Below are positions 38,087 to 48,583 of a stretch of DNA of 64,000 bases, in pieces (positions within the stretch are counted from its first letter, which is position 1; the number at the start of each line of letters is the position of its first letter). This DNA comes from a candidate division WWE3 bacterium. GTDB lineage: Bacteria > Patescibacteriota > WWE3 > UBA101185 > UBA10185. The stretch lies in the NCBI GenBank assembly GCA_003599255.1, contig QZJF01000006.1:1018-65017 (forward strand), read 5' to 3'. Under the pieces are notes generated by a model that ran no database searches, was not told the origin of the DNA, and saw only the letters and a list, made by a program, of their open reading frames with translations. Made by a program: the position numbers and the translations under genes.

Positions 38087-38352
38087 TTTTTGTCCTCCTT
38101 ATTTAATGTAAATACTAGATCGGCAATTCGACCGGCCTTACCGTTAATAATTTTGTAAGTTACTTCCCTTCCCTCTTTTCTGCATTCAACTAGGTCAAAA
38201 TCTTTTAATATCTTTAAGTGTTGGGAAACTGCCGACTGTGAAAGTCCACATTTACTGATAATGTTATTAACACTCAAATCCTGTTTATTTAAACAGCTTA
38301 AAATTTGCAGTCTTACCGGATTGAGAATTGCTTTAAATACGTTTTCTGACAC
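38083..38352 (-). CDS. ArsR/SmtB-family metalloregulatory repressor
   Basis: 89 aa. The winged HTH is LQILSCLNKQDLSVNNIISKCGLSQSAVSQHLKILKDFDLV, with a GTG start. Confidence 0.8.
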   Translation of the reverse strand: MSENVFKAILNPVRLQILSCLNKQDLSVNNIISKCGLSQSAVSQHLKILKDFDLVECRKEGREVTYKIINGKAGRIADLVFTLNKEDKK

Positions 38353-38360
38353 TTTAATAC

Positions 38361-38376
38361 ATTAGCACACGCTAAT
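38361..38376. promoter_or_regulatory. Inverted repeat ATTAGC-acac-GCTAAT immediately upstream of arsR, a candidate ArsR operator
   Basis: It has 6-bp arms and a 4-bp spacer, 9 nt upstream of the arsR GTG. Confidence 0.4.
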
Positions 38377-38397
38377 ATATTGTCAATGCTTAAGTTA

Positions 38398-38901
38398 TTA
38401 TATATTTCTTGAATCGTATGCCCAGTGTAAAAGGCTTTGTCTTTGTCTTCTTCTGCAATCATAGTCGCCCGGTGCACAGTTCTTTATTAATTGAACAAGA
38501 TGTCTTTTGTAAGACTGCCATCTTTTTATTTGTCTTATATCCTCTTGCGGGATCCGCCGACCCAAATAATACCTGCAATACCACTGAAACCACCCGCGCG
38601 GGTCTTCGTCATAAATCCAGCCTTTCTCCCGCCAAACGCTTAGTTTCTGACTTGCATTTACTTTGAAAAAATTCAACTCAGGGTTGTGACGTTCGGGGCA
38701 AAGCTTGGCATTTTTATACCAGTCTTTTGGGAATTCATCAGCACAATCGGTCATGTACTTACCCCCGAAAACACCTAACTCAAGCATTTCTTTTGGAGTC
38801 AGTTCCGGAGAGAATTCGGGGTCGAAATCTTTGCCTTCAAGCTTGGTACAAGTATACGCATAATTATGTTGCATTAAATCGTTTACGATAATTTCTGTCA
38901 T
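38398..38901 (-). CDS. Hypothetical Cys/Arg/Trp-rich cytoplasmic protein (167 aa)
   Basis: It is a long ORF abutting the antiporter gene. Distinctive strings are GWFQWYCRYYLGRR and DYDCRRRQRQ, and I recognise no family. Confidence 0.45.
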   Translation of the reverse strand: MTEIIVNDLMQHNYAYTCTKLEGKDFDPEFSPELTPKEMLELGVFGGKYMTDCADEFPKDWYKNAKLCPERHNPELNFFKVNASQKLSVWREKGWIYDEDPRGWFQWYCRYYLGRRIPQEDIRQIKRWQSYKRHLVQLIKNCAPGDYDCRRRQRQSLLHWAYDSRNI

Positions 38902-40605
38902 TTAGTGTGTTACTGATAATTCCCTGATGCTTTCCAGGTACTTTATGTGTTTGTTTCTCAATCTCTGGTATTTTTTGGCATCCAGACCATGTTTTAAAAT
39001 CATTTCAGCTGCTTGTTGAGCTCCTATATAATGAGAAAGAACTACATTTGTAACTCCGGCATCGTAAAGTTCTGTAGCATGCTCCAACGTGTCTGCTATT
39101 ACAATTAGAATTGTATCCTGGTTTGCTCTTCTTATAACTTGAGCCAACAACATATTAGTTTCAAAATCCGGTATTGTGGATACTGCAATTTTCAGGTTAT
39201 TTAATGGAAGATCCTGTAAGAACTCCGCGTCGGATGCATCCCCATACTCATAAGGTATTTTTATGTTAGCCAAATGTTGAATAGTGTCAGGATTATATTC
39301 AACTACTAAAAATTTTGTCTTGCTTTCTCTAAAAGCATGCGCAAATTCCGGACCCGCCCTTCTATAGCCAAAGATAACCGCTTCAAAATCTTTTTCATGC
39401 TTATCTTTATTCATATTTGTTTTTCTAATTTCAAAGATCGACAGAATTTTATTGATTTTTTTGTATATAAATTCGGAATATAAAATCAGGTATGTAGATC
39501 CCGCTATGGTAATAATGCCAACCAAAGTAACCATAGATAATACCTCTCTGGAAACATGTCCAACGTCAAAACCAAGTTTAACAAGAATAAGTGAAAACTC
39601 ACTGATTTGGGCAACTGTTAAGCCGGCAAGAAATCCTGTTTTCTTTGAGTATCCCAAAAAATTCATAAGAAGGAGAACTATTAATGGATTGCCAATTAAA
39701 ATAAATACAGAAAAAATAATTGTAGGGCTAATAAGCCCCTGCCAGTTATCGAATACCATTTGATATCCGAGAAGAATAAAAAACAAGGTTATGAAGAAAT
39801 CACGCAAAGGTTTTAGTCTTGATGAGATTTCGTAAGAAAATGGAGTGATAGAAAGTGAAACTCCCGCAACAAGAGCTCCAATTTCTATTGATAGTCCCAT
39901 TTGGTGATATAAAGCCGCTATTCCCATCCCCCAGGCAAGTGCGCCTATAAAAAGAAACTCCTGTGAACGACCAATGAATCCAGTTAATTTAGAAAGTATT
40001 TTTGACGAAATCAAAAACAAAAGGGCGAGCATTGCAAACCCTTTAAGTAAAAGAATAAATAAATTAAATAAAACAACGGATAAGTTTGCGCCTTCCACCG
40101 CATTCAAACTGGAAATAATGACTAGGATTAATGTTGCTACAAGATCCTGAACAAGAAGAAAACCTACGGCTATCTTTCCGTACAATTTATGTGTGTCGCC
40201 TTTATCACTAAGCAATTTCAAAATAATAATCGTACTGCTAAAGGTTAATGCTACCGCAATGTATAGAGATTCTATTGGAGTGAATCCTAACAATACTCCT
40301 ATTACGTACCCAAATAAGGAAGTAAAAAAAACTTGCCCTAATCCAGTTACGGTGGATACCGGTCCAAGTTCTTTTAAAATTTTTGGACTTAGTCCGAGAC
40401 CGACAATAAAGAGTAAAGCCGTTATACCCAGTTTAGAAAAAAGTTCCACAACTTCTACCGATTTTAAAATATTGAAAAAGTACGGACCGACGAGTAAACC
40501 TGCCAGGATATAGCCAATGACTAACGGTTGTTTTAACAATCTCATTAAAGTTGAAACTAACAGTGCGACTAAAAGGATGAGACTTATTTCACCAAACTGT
40601 TCCAT
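38902..40605 (-). CDS. CPA2-family monovalent cation:proton antiporter (Kef-like) with a C-terminal RCK/TrkA-N domain
   Basis: 567 aa. It has about 12 TM helices and then a Rossmann-like RCK (VIFGYRRAGPEFAHAF…). Confidence 0.8.
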   Translation of the reverse strand: MEQFGEISLILLVALLVSTLMRLLKQPLVIGYILAGLLVGPYFFNILKSVEVVELFSKLGITALLFIVGLGLSPKILKELGPVSTVTGLGQVFFTSLFGYVIGVLLGFTPIESLYIAVALTFSSTIIILKLLSDKGDTHKLYGKIAVGFLLVQDLVATLILVIISSLNAVEGANLSVVLFNLFILLLKGFAMLALLFLISSKILSKLTGFIGRSQEFLFIGALAWGMGIAALYHQMGLSIEIGALVAGVSLSITPFSYEISSRLKPLRDFFITLFFILLGYQMVFDNWQGLISPTIIFSVFILIGNPLIVLLLMNFLGYSKKTGFLAGLTVAQISEFSLILVKLGFDVGHVSREVLSMVTLVGIITIAGSTYLILYSEFIYKKINKILSIFEIRKTNMNKDKHEKDFEAVIFGYRRAGPEFAHAFRESKTKFLVVEYNPDTIQHLANIKIPYEYGDASDAEFLQDLPLNNLKIAVSTIPDFETNMLLAQVIRRANQDTILIVIADTLEHATELYDAGVTNVVLSHYIGAQQAAEMILKHGLDAKKYQRLRNKHIKYLESIRELSVTH

Positions 40606-40641
40606 TTGTTAATTCTACAAGAAAACAGACTCTGAAAATAG

Positions 40642-41493
40642 CTATATAAGGAAATATGCACCGGCAATGGCCATAATTCCGGCGATTATTTTTTTGGCTA
40701 CATAATTGCGTTCGTTTAAGAAAATAACTCCTAAAATAATAGTAAGGAGTATTGATGTCTGGACTATCGGTATTACGCGTGTCGCTTCGGCAATTTCCAG
40801 GGCTTTTAACTGCAAAAGGTAGCCGAATACATTTATTCCGGCAAGGACAACCACTTTCCATGAAGCCTGCTTTAATTCTGATTTTATTTCGGAAAACTTT
40901 ATGTAAGGAAAGATTATAAATACAATTGGGAGTGTCCAAACAAGTATGCTGTATGTATTTGCGTTAAAGTATCCAGCACCCAGCTTGTCTAGCATCCATG
41001 CGATGCCTATAAGAATGCTTGTGAATATTCCAACGGCTACGCCTTTTAATGAATTTTTACCTTTAAGATTTTCAGTCGACACTATAAGCAAAGCAATGAT
41101 TATGAGAAATCCGCCCAGAATTTTTCCGGGAGTCACAGTTTCTTTATATAATATTAAGGCTCCGATGAAAGCTACAAATACACTCAAATTTCCTATAGTT
41201 GTAAGAACTGAGGCATCGAGCAGTTTTGCTGCAACAAATCGAAGCCTCTCAAACAGACCGTAACAAACAACGGCTACAAGAAGGGAGATATAAGCAATTG
41301 GCTCTGAAGGTAGCGCGAATTTAGTATGTTCTCCGGTAACAAAGTATATTGAAAGCGAAATTACCGCCGCAGAAACATTGAACAACAGAGATATTGCTCT
41401 AGGATATTTGCTGTCAACAGCAAGCACTCTCTGTAGCAAGTTCAACAAAGTAAAGAATAAAACAGAGCTAAAAGCCAGCACTACCCAGTTCAT
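40642..41493 (-). CDS. EamA/DMT-superfamily transporter
   Basis: 283 aa and 10 TM, with two EamA-like halves. Confidence 0.65.
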   Translation of the reverse strand: MNWVVLAFSSVLFFTLLNLLQRVLAVDSKYPRAISLLFNVSAAVISLSIYFVTGEHTKFALPSEPIAYISLLVAVVCYGLFERLRFVAAKLLDASVLTTIGNLSVFVAFIGALILYKETVTPGKILGGFLIIIALLIVSTENLKGKNSLKGVAVGIFTSILIGIAWMLDKLGAGYFNANTYSILVWTLPIVFIIFPYIKFSEIKSELKQASWKVVVLAGINVFGYLLQLKALEIAEATRVIPIVQTSILLTIILGVIFLNERNYVAKKIIAGIMAIAGAYFLI

Positions 41494-41529
41494 TCCTATA
41501 TTCTATATCCAAATAAACTCAAAGTCTTT

Positions 41530-42309
41530 ATGATTATGAATATGAACAGCATATTTATAGACGTGGCACTTTTGATACTGTCTTATATGACGGGTTGGTT
41601 TTTTATTGCCCAGCTTTTGAAAAGAAACGATGTTGCCGATATAGCATGGGGTTTAGGGTATGTTTTAATCTCGATGTATCTATTTTTTAGGGGCAGTAAC
41701 AGTATCCATTTTTATGTAATTAGCTTTCTAATAGTTGTTTGGGGTATCAGGCTTAGCTACCATATATTTCAGCGCAACAGAGCAAAAGAAGAGGATTACA
41801 GGTATAAAAAATGGAGAATACAATGGGGACGATGGTTCTATTTGAGATCGTACATTCAGGTTTTTATAATTCAAGGATTTTTCATGTATATGATAAGTTT
41901 GCCACTTATGTTCTCTCATGAGTACGATAGCAAGTCTCTTAGTTATTTGGGTTTTGCGGGGATGTTGATCTGGATTACCGGATTCATATTTGAGAGTGTC
42001 GGTGACTATCAGCTAAGGTTGTTTTTATCAAAACCTAAAAACAATGGAAAGATTATGAAGTATGGTCTGTGGAGATATACCAGGCATCCGAATTATTTCG
42101 GAGAAGTAGCCCAGTGGTGGGGGATTTTCTTGGTTTTGACTGACGTCGCATTTAATTGGATTGCACTATTGAGTCCTTTGACTATTACGTATCTTCTATT
42201 GTTTGTGTCGGGAATCCCTATGCTTGAAGCCAAATACAAGGGTAATAAGGAGTTTATGGAATATCAAAGAGTAACAAACGCCTTTTTCCCGTGGTTTCCA
42301 AAGAAGTAA
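41530..42309 (+). CDS. DUF1295-family membrane protein (steroid 5-alpha-reductase / ICMT-like fold)
   Basis: It has the C-terminal hallmark [10 protein letters not shown]. Confidence 0.7.
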   Translation: MIMNMNSIFIDVALLILSYMTGWFFIAQLLKRNDVADIAWGLGYVLISMYLFFRGSNSIHFYVISFLIVVWGIRLSYHIFQRNRAKEEDYRYKKWRIQWGRWFYLRSYIQVFIIQGFFMYMISLPLMFSHEYDSKSLSYLGFAGMLIWITGFIFESVGDYQLRLFLSKPKNNGKIMKYGLWRYTRHPNYFGEVAQWWGIFLVLTDVAFNWIALLSPLTITYLLLFVSGIPMLEAKYKGNKEFMEYQRVTNAFFPWFPKK

Positions 42310-42312
42310 AAG

Positions 42313-42720
42313 TTATCTGATCCACCGTCCGATATAAAATCCGGAGAGTGAAACAAGCGCACTCAAAGTCATTCCCCAAAGAATATCAACAATTGTTACT
42401 TTCAGGGGCCAATCTTTTAATGTAGCCAGGTTTGTCAGATCATAGGTTGCGTAGGTAAACAGGCCGTATAGGGCACCACTAATTAAAGCCGCTTTTGCTG
42501 AGTTATTATTTAACGCCGGTACAACAGCAAAAAACAGCAGTCCTGCAATATTTAATAGATAAAAAATACCCGCTGCTGCAAGATTGGGTTTTTCCGCCAG
42601 TAGATGTCCGATGTTTGCTTTGTAGAAACCGGGAGCAATTTTGGCCAGCCAGACTGCATCTATGCCTAAAAATACCGTCAAGGTGCCAAAATATAATTTA
42701 ATTAGATAATTAATATTCAT
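42313..42720 (-). CDS. Small 4-TM membrane protein (DUF2177-like)
   Basis: 135 aa with hydrophobic helices. Confidence 0.4.
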   Translation of the reverse strand: MNINYLIKLYFGTLTVFLGIDAVWLAKIAPGFYKANIGHLLAEKPNLAAAGIFYLLNIAGLLFFAVVPALNNNSAKAALISGALYGLFTYATYDLTNLATLKDWPLKVTIVDILWGMTLSALVSLSGFYIGRWIR

Positions 42721-42743
42721 AAATCAATCTTACATCCTTTGAA

Positions 42744-44324
42744 ATGTATATAATAGTTTTAATGACCAAAATGCTTCAGGTTGTTAAGAATCATTATTTA
42801 CTAGTTCTTTTTGTCTTTTTCTATTTACTGTTTTCACTATTTACGTATAAAGTTGTTCCTATTGGTAATTCCGAGGAATATAGGTATCTTAGAGGCAAGG
42901 AAACATTGGAGCACTTTATATATGGTCAGTTCACCGAAAAAATGCTGCAGCCTATTCCTAACTACTTTCTCTATAACCTATATCCTATGATTCTGGTCTA
43001 CCTTAATCCCAATTTCTATTACGAATGGTTCCACCTGATGAATTTAGCCTTTTCTCTGTTGGGGTTTGTCGCAGTTTATTTTCTTTCTTTGGAAATTACT
43101 AAATCCAGACGCCTCTCACTATTTAGCATGCTCGCCTTGGTCCTTTTTCCGGGTTTTTTCGGACAACTTGCATTCAACCCAATTGATATGCCATTTATGG
43201 TTGCGTATTTGTGGGTTTTGTATTTGTTAATCAAATATTCTAAAAATGATTCGAATCACTGGTCTACTATCCTATTGGGTGTATTGATAGGCATAGCACA
43301 AGGTCTGAGGCAGCTGGGTTTGACCTTGTACATTGTTGTGGTCGCTCTTGATATTTATGACTATTTAATGAATAGAAATGAGACCAAGTGGAAACTGACA
43401 AGATTTTTTAAGGAAAGGTTTCTTAAATATCTATATATTTTTATAACAGCAAATTTCTTTATGTTGATTACCTGGCCCAACTTCGCGGTTAACTTTTTCA
43501 AGAGCTATATCTGGTATCTATTTGTAGGTTCGAATTTTTACCTGTGGGATTTCGGGCTTTTGTTTTTTGGGAAATTTCTCGAGAATCACGAAAGACCTTG
43601 GTATTATCTCCCCTTTTTCCAGCTGATAACGTATCCGTATTTCATAAGCATTTTGTTTCTGTCTATTATTCGTTTTTTTAAGGAAAATTTAAAAAATAGA
43701 ACATATTTTGTTTTGACTTCTGCGGTAATTATCAACTATATTTCATACTTTGCATTAAAACCGGTACTTTACGACGGAATTAGGCATTTCCTGTTTCTCG
43801 TACCATTGATCGTACTTATATCAGTTAAACATCTGAAAGACTTGTTGCAGTTAATCGGAAAAAAGTATCAGTTAACAATTATATTGTTGATCATCATAAA
43901 CCTGTTTGGTTTAGCCTATTACTCCATTAGAGAATTTCCTTATCAATATGTTTATTTTAATAAGATAGGACATCTATTCGGAAATCCGTACAAGTTGTTC
44001 GAGTCAGATTATTCGAACACTAAATATAGGGAAGGGGCCGAGTGGATAAGGGACACCTACATAACTGAAAACAGTAAATACGATACAAGTAACCCAAAAG
44101 AAATGCTGAGAGTTTACGTTTGCGATAATGCATATGCCGTTGATTATTTTTCACACAAAAAGTTTCTTACAGTTATTCACAAGGAAGATTCCGACCTGAT
44201 ATTATGCGACTATAGGAACAAACTCCAAAGCGATTACGAAGGGAATTCTGTCAAAGAATTTTTCATTGATGGAAACCCGGTATTGTATTTGATACGGACC
44301 CCAAAAGAATATCAATTGTTATAA
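42744..44324 (+). CDS. Polytopic membrane protein, GT-C-like glycosyltransferase candidate
   Basis: 526 aa and Phe/Tyr/Leu-rich, with more than 10 TM and a C-terminal soluble region. Confidence 0.5.
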   Translation: MYIIVLMTKMLQVVKNHYLLVLFVFFYLLFSLFTYKVVPIGNSEEYRYLRGKETLEHFIYGQFTEKMLQPIPNYFLYNLYPMILVYLNPNFYYEWFHLMNLAFSLLGFVAVYFLSLEITKSRRLSLFSMLALVLFPGFFGQLAFNPIDMPFMVAYLWVLYLLIKYSKNDSNHWSTILLGVLIGIAQGLRQLGLTLYIVVVALDIYDYLMNRNETKWKLTRFFKERFLKYLYIFITANFFMLITWPNFAVNFFKSYIWYLFVGSNFYLWDFGLLFFGKFLENHERPWYYLPFFQLITYPYFISILFLSIIRFFKENLKNRTYFVLTSAVIINYISYFALKPVLYDGIRHFLFLVPLIVLISVKHLKDLLQLIGKKYQLTIILLIIINLFGLAYYSIREFPYQYVYFNKIGHLFGNPYKLFESDYSNTKYREGAEWIRDTYITENSKYDTSNPKEMLRVYVCDNAYAVDYFSHKKFLTVIHKEDSDLILCDYRNKLQSDYEGNSVKEFFIDGNPVLYLIRTPKEYQLL

Positions 44325-45196
44325 GCTTCTTCTAGTTTGGCGATATCAAATTTCTTCATTTTTAAGAAGGCCTCAGTGACTTTGGCAATTTTATCCTTGT
44401 TTCCACTTCCCAACATTATGTTCATTACTTCCGGCACTATCTGCCATGAAACTCCGTATTTATCCTTTAACCATCCGCATTGTTCGGCTTCAGGAACTGC
44501 GCTTAATTTTTCCCAGTAATAATCAATTTCTTCCTGGTCTGTGCAGTTTATAATGAAAGAAATTGCCTCATTAAATGTAAAACCGTGGTTGTAAGCACTA
44601 TCCATTGCGGCAAATCCTACCCCTTCTAAAACAAATCCCGCATGTTTCACAGTGCCCACCTTGTCGAATTCACTTTCTCCCTCTTCGTATCGTGCGATTT
44701 CTGTAATCCTTGAGTTGTTAAATACTGACGTATAATAATTCATGGCTTCTTCGGCCTTACCTGCATTTCCACCTGTAAACATTAATGTTGGAATTATTTT
44801 TTGAGTAATAGGCATATCTTCCATGAACATAACTTGCCATGAAAGTCCGTACTTGTCAGTAGTCCAACCGTATTTCTTGCTAAAGGGATAAGCACCAAGT
44901 TCCATCAAGACATCACCGCCATTTGAGATTTCTTTCCAGATTTTTTCGGCTTCTTCAACGCTGGAACAGGCTACAAACATCGATATAGCGGGCGTAAATT
45001 TAAAGTATGGTCCCGCGTTGATCAACATAAAATCCTGTCCTAAGATGCGCATACTTACTATGTCAGCATCCCCAGAGGGGGTGTCGTGTATAGTTGTAAC
45101 TCCGGTAACACCGGAATCCGCAAAGATACTACTGTAAAGTTCTGCTGATTCCAAAGCCTCTTTATCGTACCAAAGATGAGTTGATATCTTTTGCAT
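44312..45196 (-). CDS. Tandem VOC-superfamily protein (PhnB / 3-demethylubiquinone-9 3-methyltransferase-like domains)
   Basis: There are two repeats of the WYDKEALESAELY…GLSWQVMF-type module. Confidence 0.7.
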   Translation of the reverse strand: MQKISTHLWYDKEALESAELYSSIFADSGVTGVTTIHDTPSGDADIVSMRILGQDFMLINAGPYFKFTPAISMFVACSSVEEAEKIWKEISNGGDVLMELGAYPFSKKYGWTTDKYGLSWQVMFMEDMPITQKIIPTLMFTGGNAGKAEEAMNYYTSVFNNSRITEIARYEEGESEFDKVGTVKHAGFVLEGVGFAAMDSAYNHGFTFNEAISFIINCTDQEEIDYYWEKLSAVPEAEQCGWLKDKYGVSWQIVPEVMNIMLGSGNKDKIAKVTEAFLKMKKFDIAKLEEAYNN

Positions 45197-45204
45197 AGTA
45201 TCTC

Positions 45205-45630
45205 TTACTCCCCCGCAACGTTAACCATCCATAATACCCCATACTTATCTGCAAATGAAGCAAAATAATCTCCCCAAAACATTTTCGCAAAGGGCATTTC
45301 AATTTTTCCACCTGCGGAAAGCTCATTAAATAGTCGTTGTCCTTCCTCAACTGAATCGGGTGCCAAAGAAATATAATTGTTGTTTCCTACAACTAGCGTC
45401 ATACCACGTGCTTCGGATATGTCCGATCCCATTAATACAGCATTATTTCCAATCGGCAGCGATATGTGCATAATTCTTTCTGCCTCATCCCCAGGCATTT
45501 TTTCTTCACCCTGTGGCATATCTTTGTATCTCATTAACGAACTGAATTCTCCCCCAAATACTGATTTATAGAAATTAAAAGCTTCTTCGGTATTACCGTT
45601 AAAATTTAAGTATGGATTTATTTTTAGCAT
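45205..45630 (-). CDS. VOC-family (glyoxalase/bleomycin-resistance fold, PhnB-like) protein
   Basis: 141 aa. It has INPYLNFNGNTEEAFNFYKSVFGGEF and the C-terminal YGVLWMV. Confidence 0.7.
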   Translation of the reverse strand: MLKINPYLNFNGNTEEAFNFYKSVFGGEFSSLMRYKDMPQGEEKMPGDEAERIMHISLPIGNNAVLMGSDISEARGMTLVVGNNNYISLAPDSVEEGQRLFNELSAGGKIEMPFAKMFWGDYFASFADKYGVLWMVNVAGE

Positions 45631-45693
45631 GGGATATTCCTTAAATATATAAATAAATATCTATTTAAAGAATCTACCACATATAGATGATGT

Positions 45694-46011
45694 TTAGTAT
45701 AAAGACAAATAGCAAATTATTCCGAGAAAATAAAAGATTCCCCAGCCTACAGTCCAGAATACAAGGGAAAAAGCTTCCTTGTATTTTTTATCCCAAAATA
45801 AAACTGCCGCTCTGCCAAGCACAAGAGAAGCACTTAGAACGGCTGAAATAATAAAAAGAAGAAGCATTATGATAGGAGCAAAGAATTGAGGTACTTTATG
45901 TTCCAGCGACTGCCCTGCGTACGTAAAGAATGCGGAGATAAGCCCAATATAAATAACAAGACCCGTAGCCTGTAAGAACGCCAAGAAAGGTGTAGAAAAT
46001 TTTTTTATCAT
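45694..46011 (-). CDS. Small 3-TM membrane protein
   Basis: 105 aa and hydrophobic. Confidence 0.4.
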   Translation of the reverse strand: MIKKFSTPFLAFLQATGLVIYIGLISAFFTYAGQSLEHKVPQFFAPIIMLLLFIISAVLSASLVLGRAAVLFWDKKYKEAFSLVFWTVGWGIFYFLGIICYLSLY

Positions 46012-46050
46012 GTGTAGATTATACTACTCTTTATTGATAGACTGGTCATA

Positions 46051-48090
46051 ATGGTGGACAAATATAAAGAATACGCGCTAATAAGTATTGTTTCCATTAT
46101 TTCAGTTTTGCTCATTTTTAAATATTTTAATTTAAATCCTTTGTTACCACTAAATTATTCAGGTGATGCGCTGGTTCATTACAATTTTGCAAAAAACATT
46201 CAGGTTTCAGGATGGTGGACTAGTAATCCTTATCTTGGAGCCCCTGGTGTTCAATCACTTAATGATTTTCCGCTGACCGAGCTGCTTCACATTCTTTTAT
46301 TAAAGACACTTATTCTGTTTGGTTTAAATTGGTACCAATCAGTAAATATTTTCTATATTTTGAGTTTTCCATTAACAGCGGTTATATCCATGTACGCAAT
46401 GAGGAGAATAGGTATTAAGACAGCTATAGCCTTTCCGTTATCCTTAATCTACACTTTTATACCCTACCATTTTTATCGCGGGGTTAATCATCTCTTTTTA
46501 GCCGCTTATTACACAGTGCCTATATCAATACTCTCTGCTTATTTACTAGCATCAGAAAAAAAATTGAAACCTGTTGAGACTGTCGTATTTCCGTTTGTGA
46601 TTGCCTCCGCGGGTGGTTACTACACATATTTTTCTCTGGTGTTTTTAGGTCTCGGAATAATAATTAAATTTATCAAAACAAGAAAACTCTTTGAATTAAA
46701 GCCCGGAGTTATATTTTTAAGTCTGACATTACTCATTTTCATGCTAAATATGTCCCCCACTCTTATTTTCCAATTAAGGCATGGGTCAAACCTTAACACA
46801 GGAACCAGATTGATATCAGAGACCGAACTTTATGGTCTAAAGATAATCCAACTTCTCCTACCGGTGGAGGACCATAATTTATCCATACTAAACAAAGTTT
46901 ATAAGAGATATGGACAACATGGACTTGGTCTAACAATTACGGAAAATCAATACTCTAGTCTTGGTTTGATTTCTTCGGTCGGTTTCTTGTTACTCCTTGC
47001 TTATGCGGCTTTTGGAGTTTTCATTGAAAAAGCAGATAAAAATTTTATAGCCAAAATTAATATTTTTTCGATATTTAATTTGACAGCGGTATTGTTTGGC
47101 ACTATTGGTGGATTTAGCTTATTTTTATCCTCTTATATGACTCCAGTGTTTAGATCAGTAAACAGGATAAGTATATTTATAGCTTTTTTTAGTTTAGTTG
47201 CCCTGGGATTGCTAATTCAGAAATACGTTAAAGACAGGTATGCCATCGTACTGGTGTTTGTGATGTTGAGCGTATCTCTATATGACCAGATCTCAATTGG
47301 TGTAATGAGAAACTTCAGAGACGATCAGAAAGGGTTTCTTGCCCTAAAGAATTATGCATATCAGTTGGAAGGAATTGCTGGTAAGGATTCCATGATTTAT
47401 ACACTTCCCTATGGACATTATCCTGAAGGAGAAGACAAAAAGATTATGAGACTCGCCTTGCTGACCGACTCTATTAAATGGAGTGCGGGAGCGGAAACAT
47501 GGAGAGCAATCAGTTATTGGCAATATAACAATACCCGGCTTGAAATCGAAAGATTTCTTGAAAATATAATAAAGGAAGGTTTTACAGGATTAGTAATTCA
47601 TCCGGAAGGATATGATCAGGCAAAAGTAGAGGAAATAAAAAGAATTTTATCTGATGAGGGATTTAAAAGTTACAATGATGAATTTGTCTATTTTGATCTA
47701 AAAAAATACGCTGAGGCAAATAATATAAATAAAGATCCAACTAAAGTGTTTTATTATATAGGCGGCAAATGCGTACACGACTATACGGATTTAAATAAAG
47801 TCATTACAAAGTATTGGTGTGTAGACTCTGCAAGAATTAATTTTGAAAATCGAACAAGCAGAACTTTAAAATATAATGTAAATGCAACGTTACAATTTCC
47901 CGCAGGAATTGAGGATTTCAGCTTAACAGTAGAAGTAAAGCCCGGGTATTCAACTAAGTATATTTATAAAGCAGCCGAACATGATGGGGCATTTCCGCTG
48001 CCGGGAAATGAAATTAAGTGGCCGTTGAATATCGGTTACCCAAATATGTTACTACAAAATGTAATAGTTACTGAAGTTCCAGATGTATAA
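46051..48090 (+). CDS. Large polytopic membrane protein (YfhO/GT-C-like) with a C-terminal extracytoplasmic domain
   Basis: 679 aa. It has more than 12 TM and then an approximately 250-aa soluble domain. Confidence 0.5.
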   Translation: MVDKYKEYALISIVSIISVLLIFKYFNLNPLLPLNYSGDALVHYNFAKNIQVSGWWTSNPYLGAPGVQSLNDFPLTELLHILLLKTLILFGLNWYQSVNIFYILSFPLTAVISMYAMRRIGIKTAIAFPLSLIYTFIPYHFYRGVNHLFLAAYYTVPISILSAYLLASEKKLKPVETVVFPFVIASAGGYYTYFSLVFLGLGIIIKFIKTRKLFELKPGVIFLSLTLLIFMLNMSPTLIFQLRHGSNLNTGTRLISETELYGLKIIQLLLPVEDHNLSILNKVYKRYGQHGLGLTITENQYSSLGLISSVGFLLLLAYAAFGVFIEKADKNFIAKINIFSIFNLTAVLFGTIGGFSLFLSSYMTPVFRSVNRISIFIAFFSLVALGLLIQKYVKDRYAIVLVFVMLSVSLYDQISIGVMRNFRDDQKGFLALKNYAYQLEGIAGKDSMIYTLPYGHYPEGEDKKIMRLALLTDSIKWSAGAETWRAISYWQYNNTRLEIERFLENIIKEGFTGLVIHPEGYDQAKVEEIKRILSDEGFKSYNDEFVYFDLKKYAEANNINKDPTKVFYYIGGKCVHDYTDLNKVITKYWCVDSARINFENRTSRTLKYNVNATLQFPAGIEDFSLTVEVKPGYSTKYIYKAAEHDGAFPLPGNEIKWPLNIGYPNMLLQNVIVTEVPDV

Positions 48091-48099
48091 TTTAAATAG

Positions 48100-48534
48100 A
48101 TGGAAACTTGGATTCAAAACATTTCATATTCTTTAGTAATAATATTTTCAGTTTTTGATGCGGCCAAGTACACTTTACAGATAATTCCCGCTAACGATAA
48201 GCAAAAGGGATCCAGAGCCGGCGTAATTCTGTTTGTTTCGTTCATTTTTATTTTGTTAAATTACTATATTTTGGGTATTTTTGATCTAGTAATAGAGTTT
48301 GTAGAGTTAATCCTAGGAGATACAATCTTAAAAAGGGACTTAGCAGTGTTAATTGCTTTTATAATTTTTCAAATCCCATTATATAAGTTGGTGGCAAAGA
48401 AAAAGAGGATCAAAAAATATGGTGATGACAATTCAATATTTGAGAAATATGTTGAAGCATTTGTTAATGCGAGATTATTTTTATTTCTATTGTTTGTATT
48501 TTTGATAATATTCGCCTTTCTTGGAAAAAAGTAG
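48100..48534 (+). CDS. Small 4-TM membrane protein
   Basis: 144 aa, 9 nt after the previous gene. Confidence 0.4.
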   Translation: METWIQNISYSLVIIFSVFDAAKYTLQIIPANDKQKGSRAGVILFVSFIFILLNYYILGIFDLVIEFVELILGDTILKRDLAVLIAFIIFQIPLYKLVAKKKRIKKYGDDNSIFEKYVEAFVNARLFLFLLFVFLIIFAFLGKK

Positions 48535-48575
48535 GTGCTTTAACATGGCTTTTATTAAAGCACCTTCGAGATGTA
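48535..48575. terminator. Stem-loop between convergent genes
   Basis: A 10-bp stem, GGTGCTTTAA / TTAAAGCACC, with an 11-nt loop. Confidence 0.5.
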
Positions 48576-48583
48576 TTTATACC

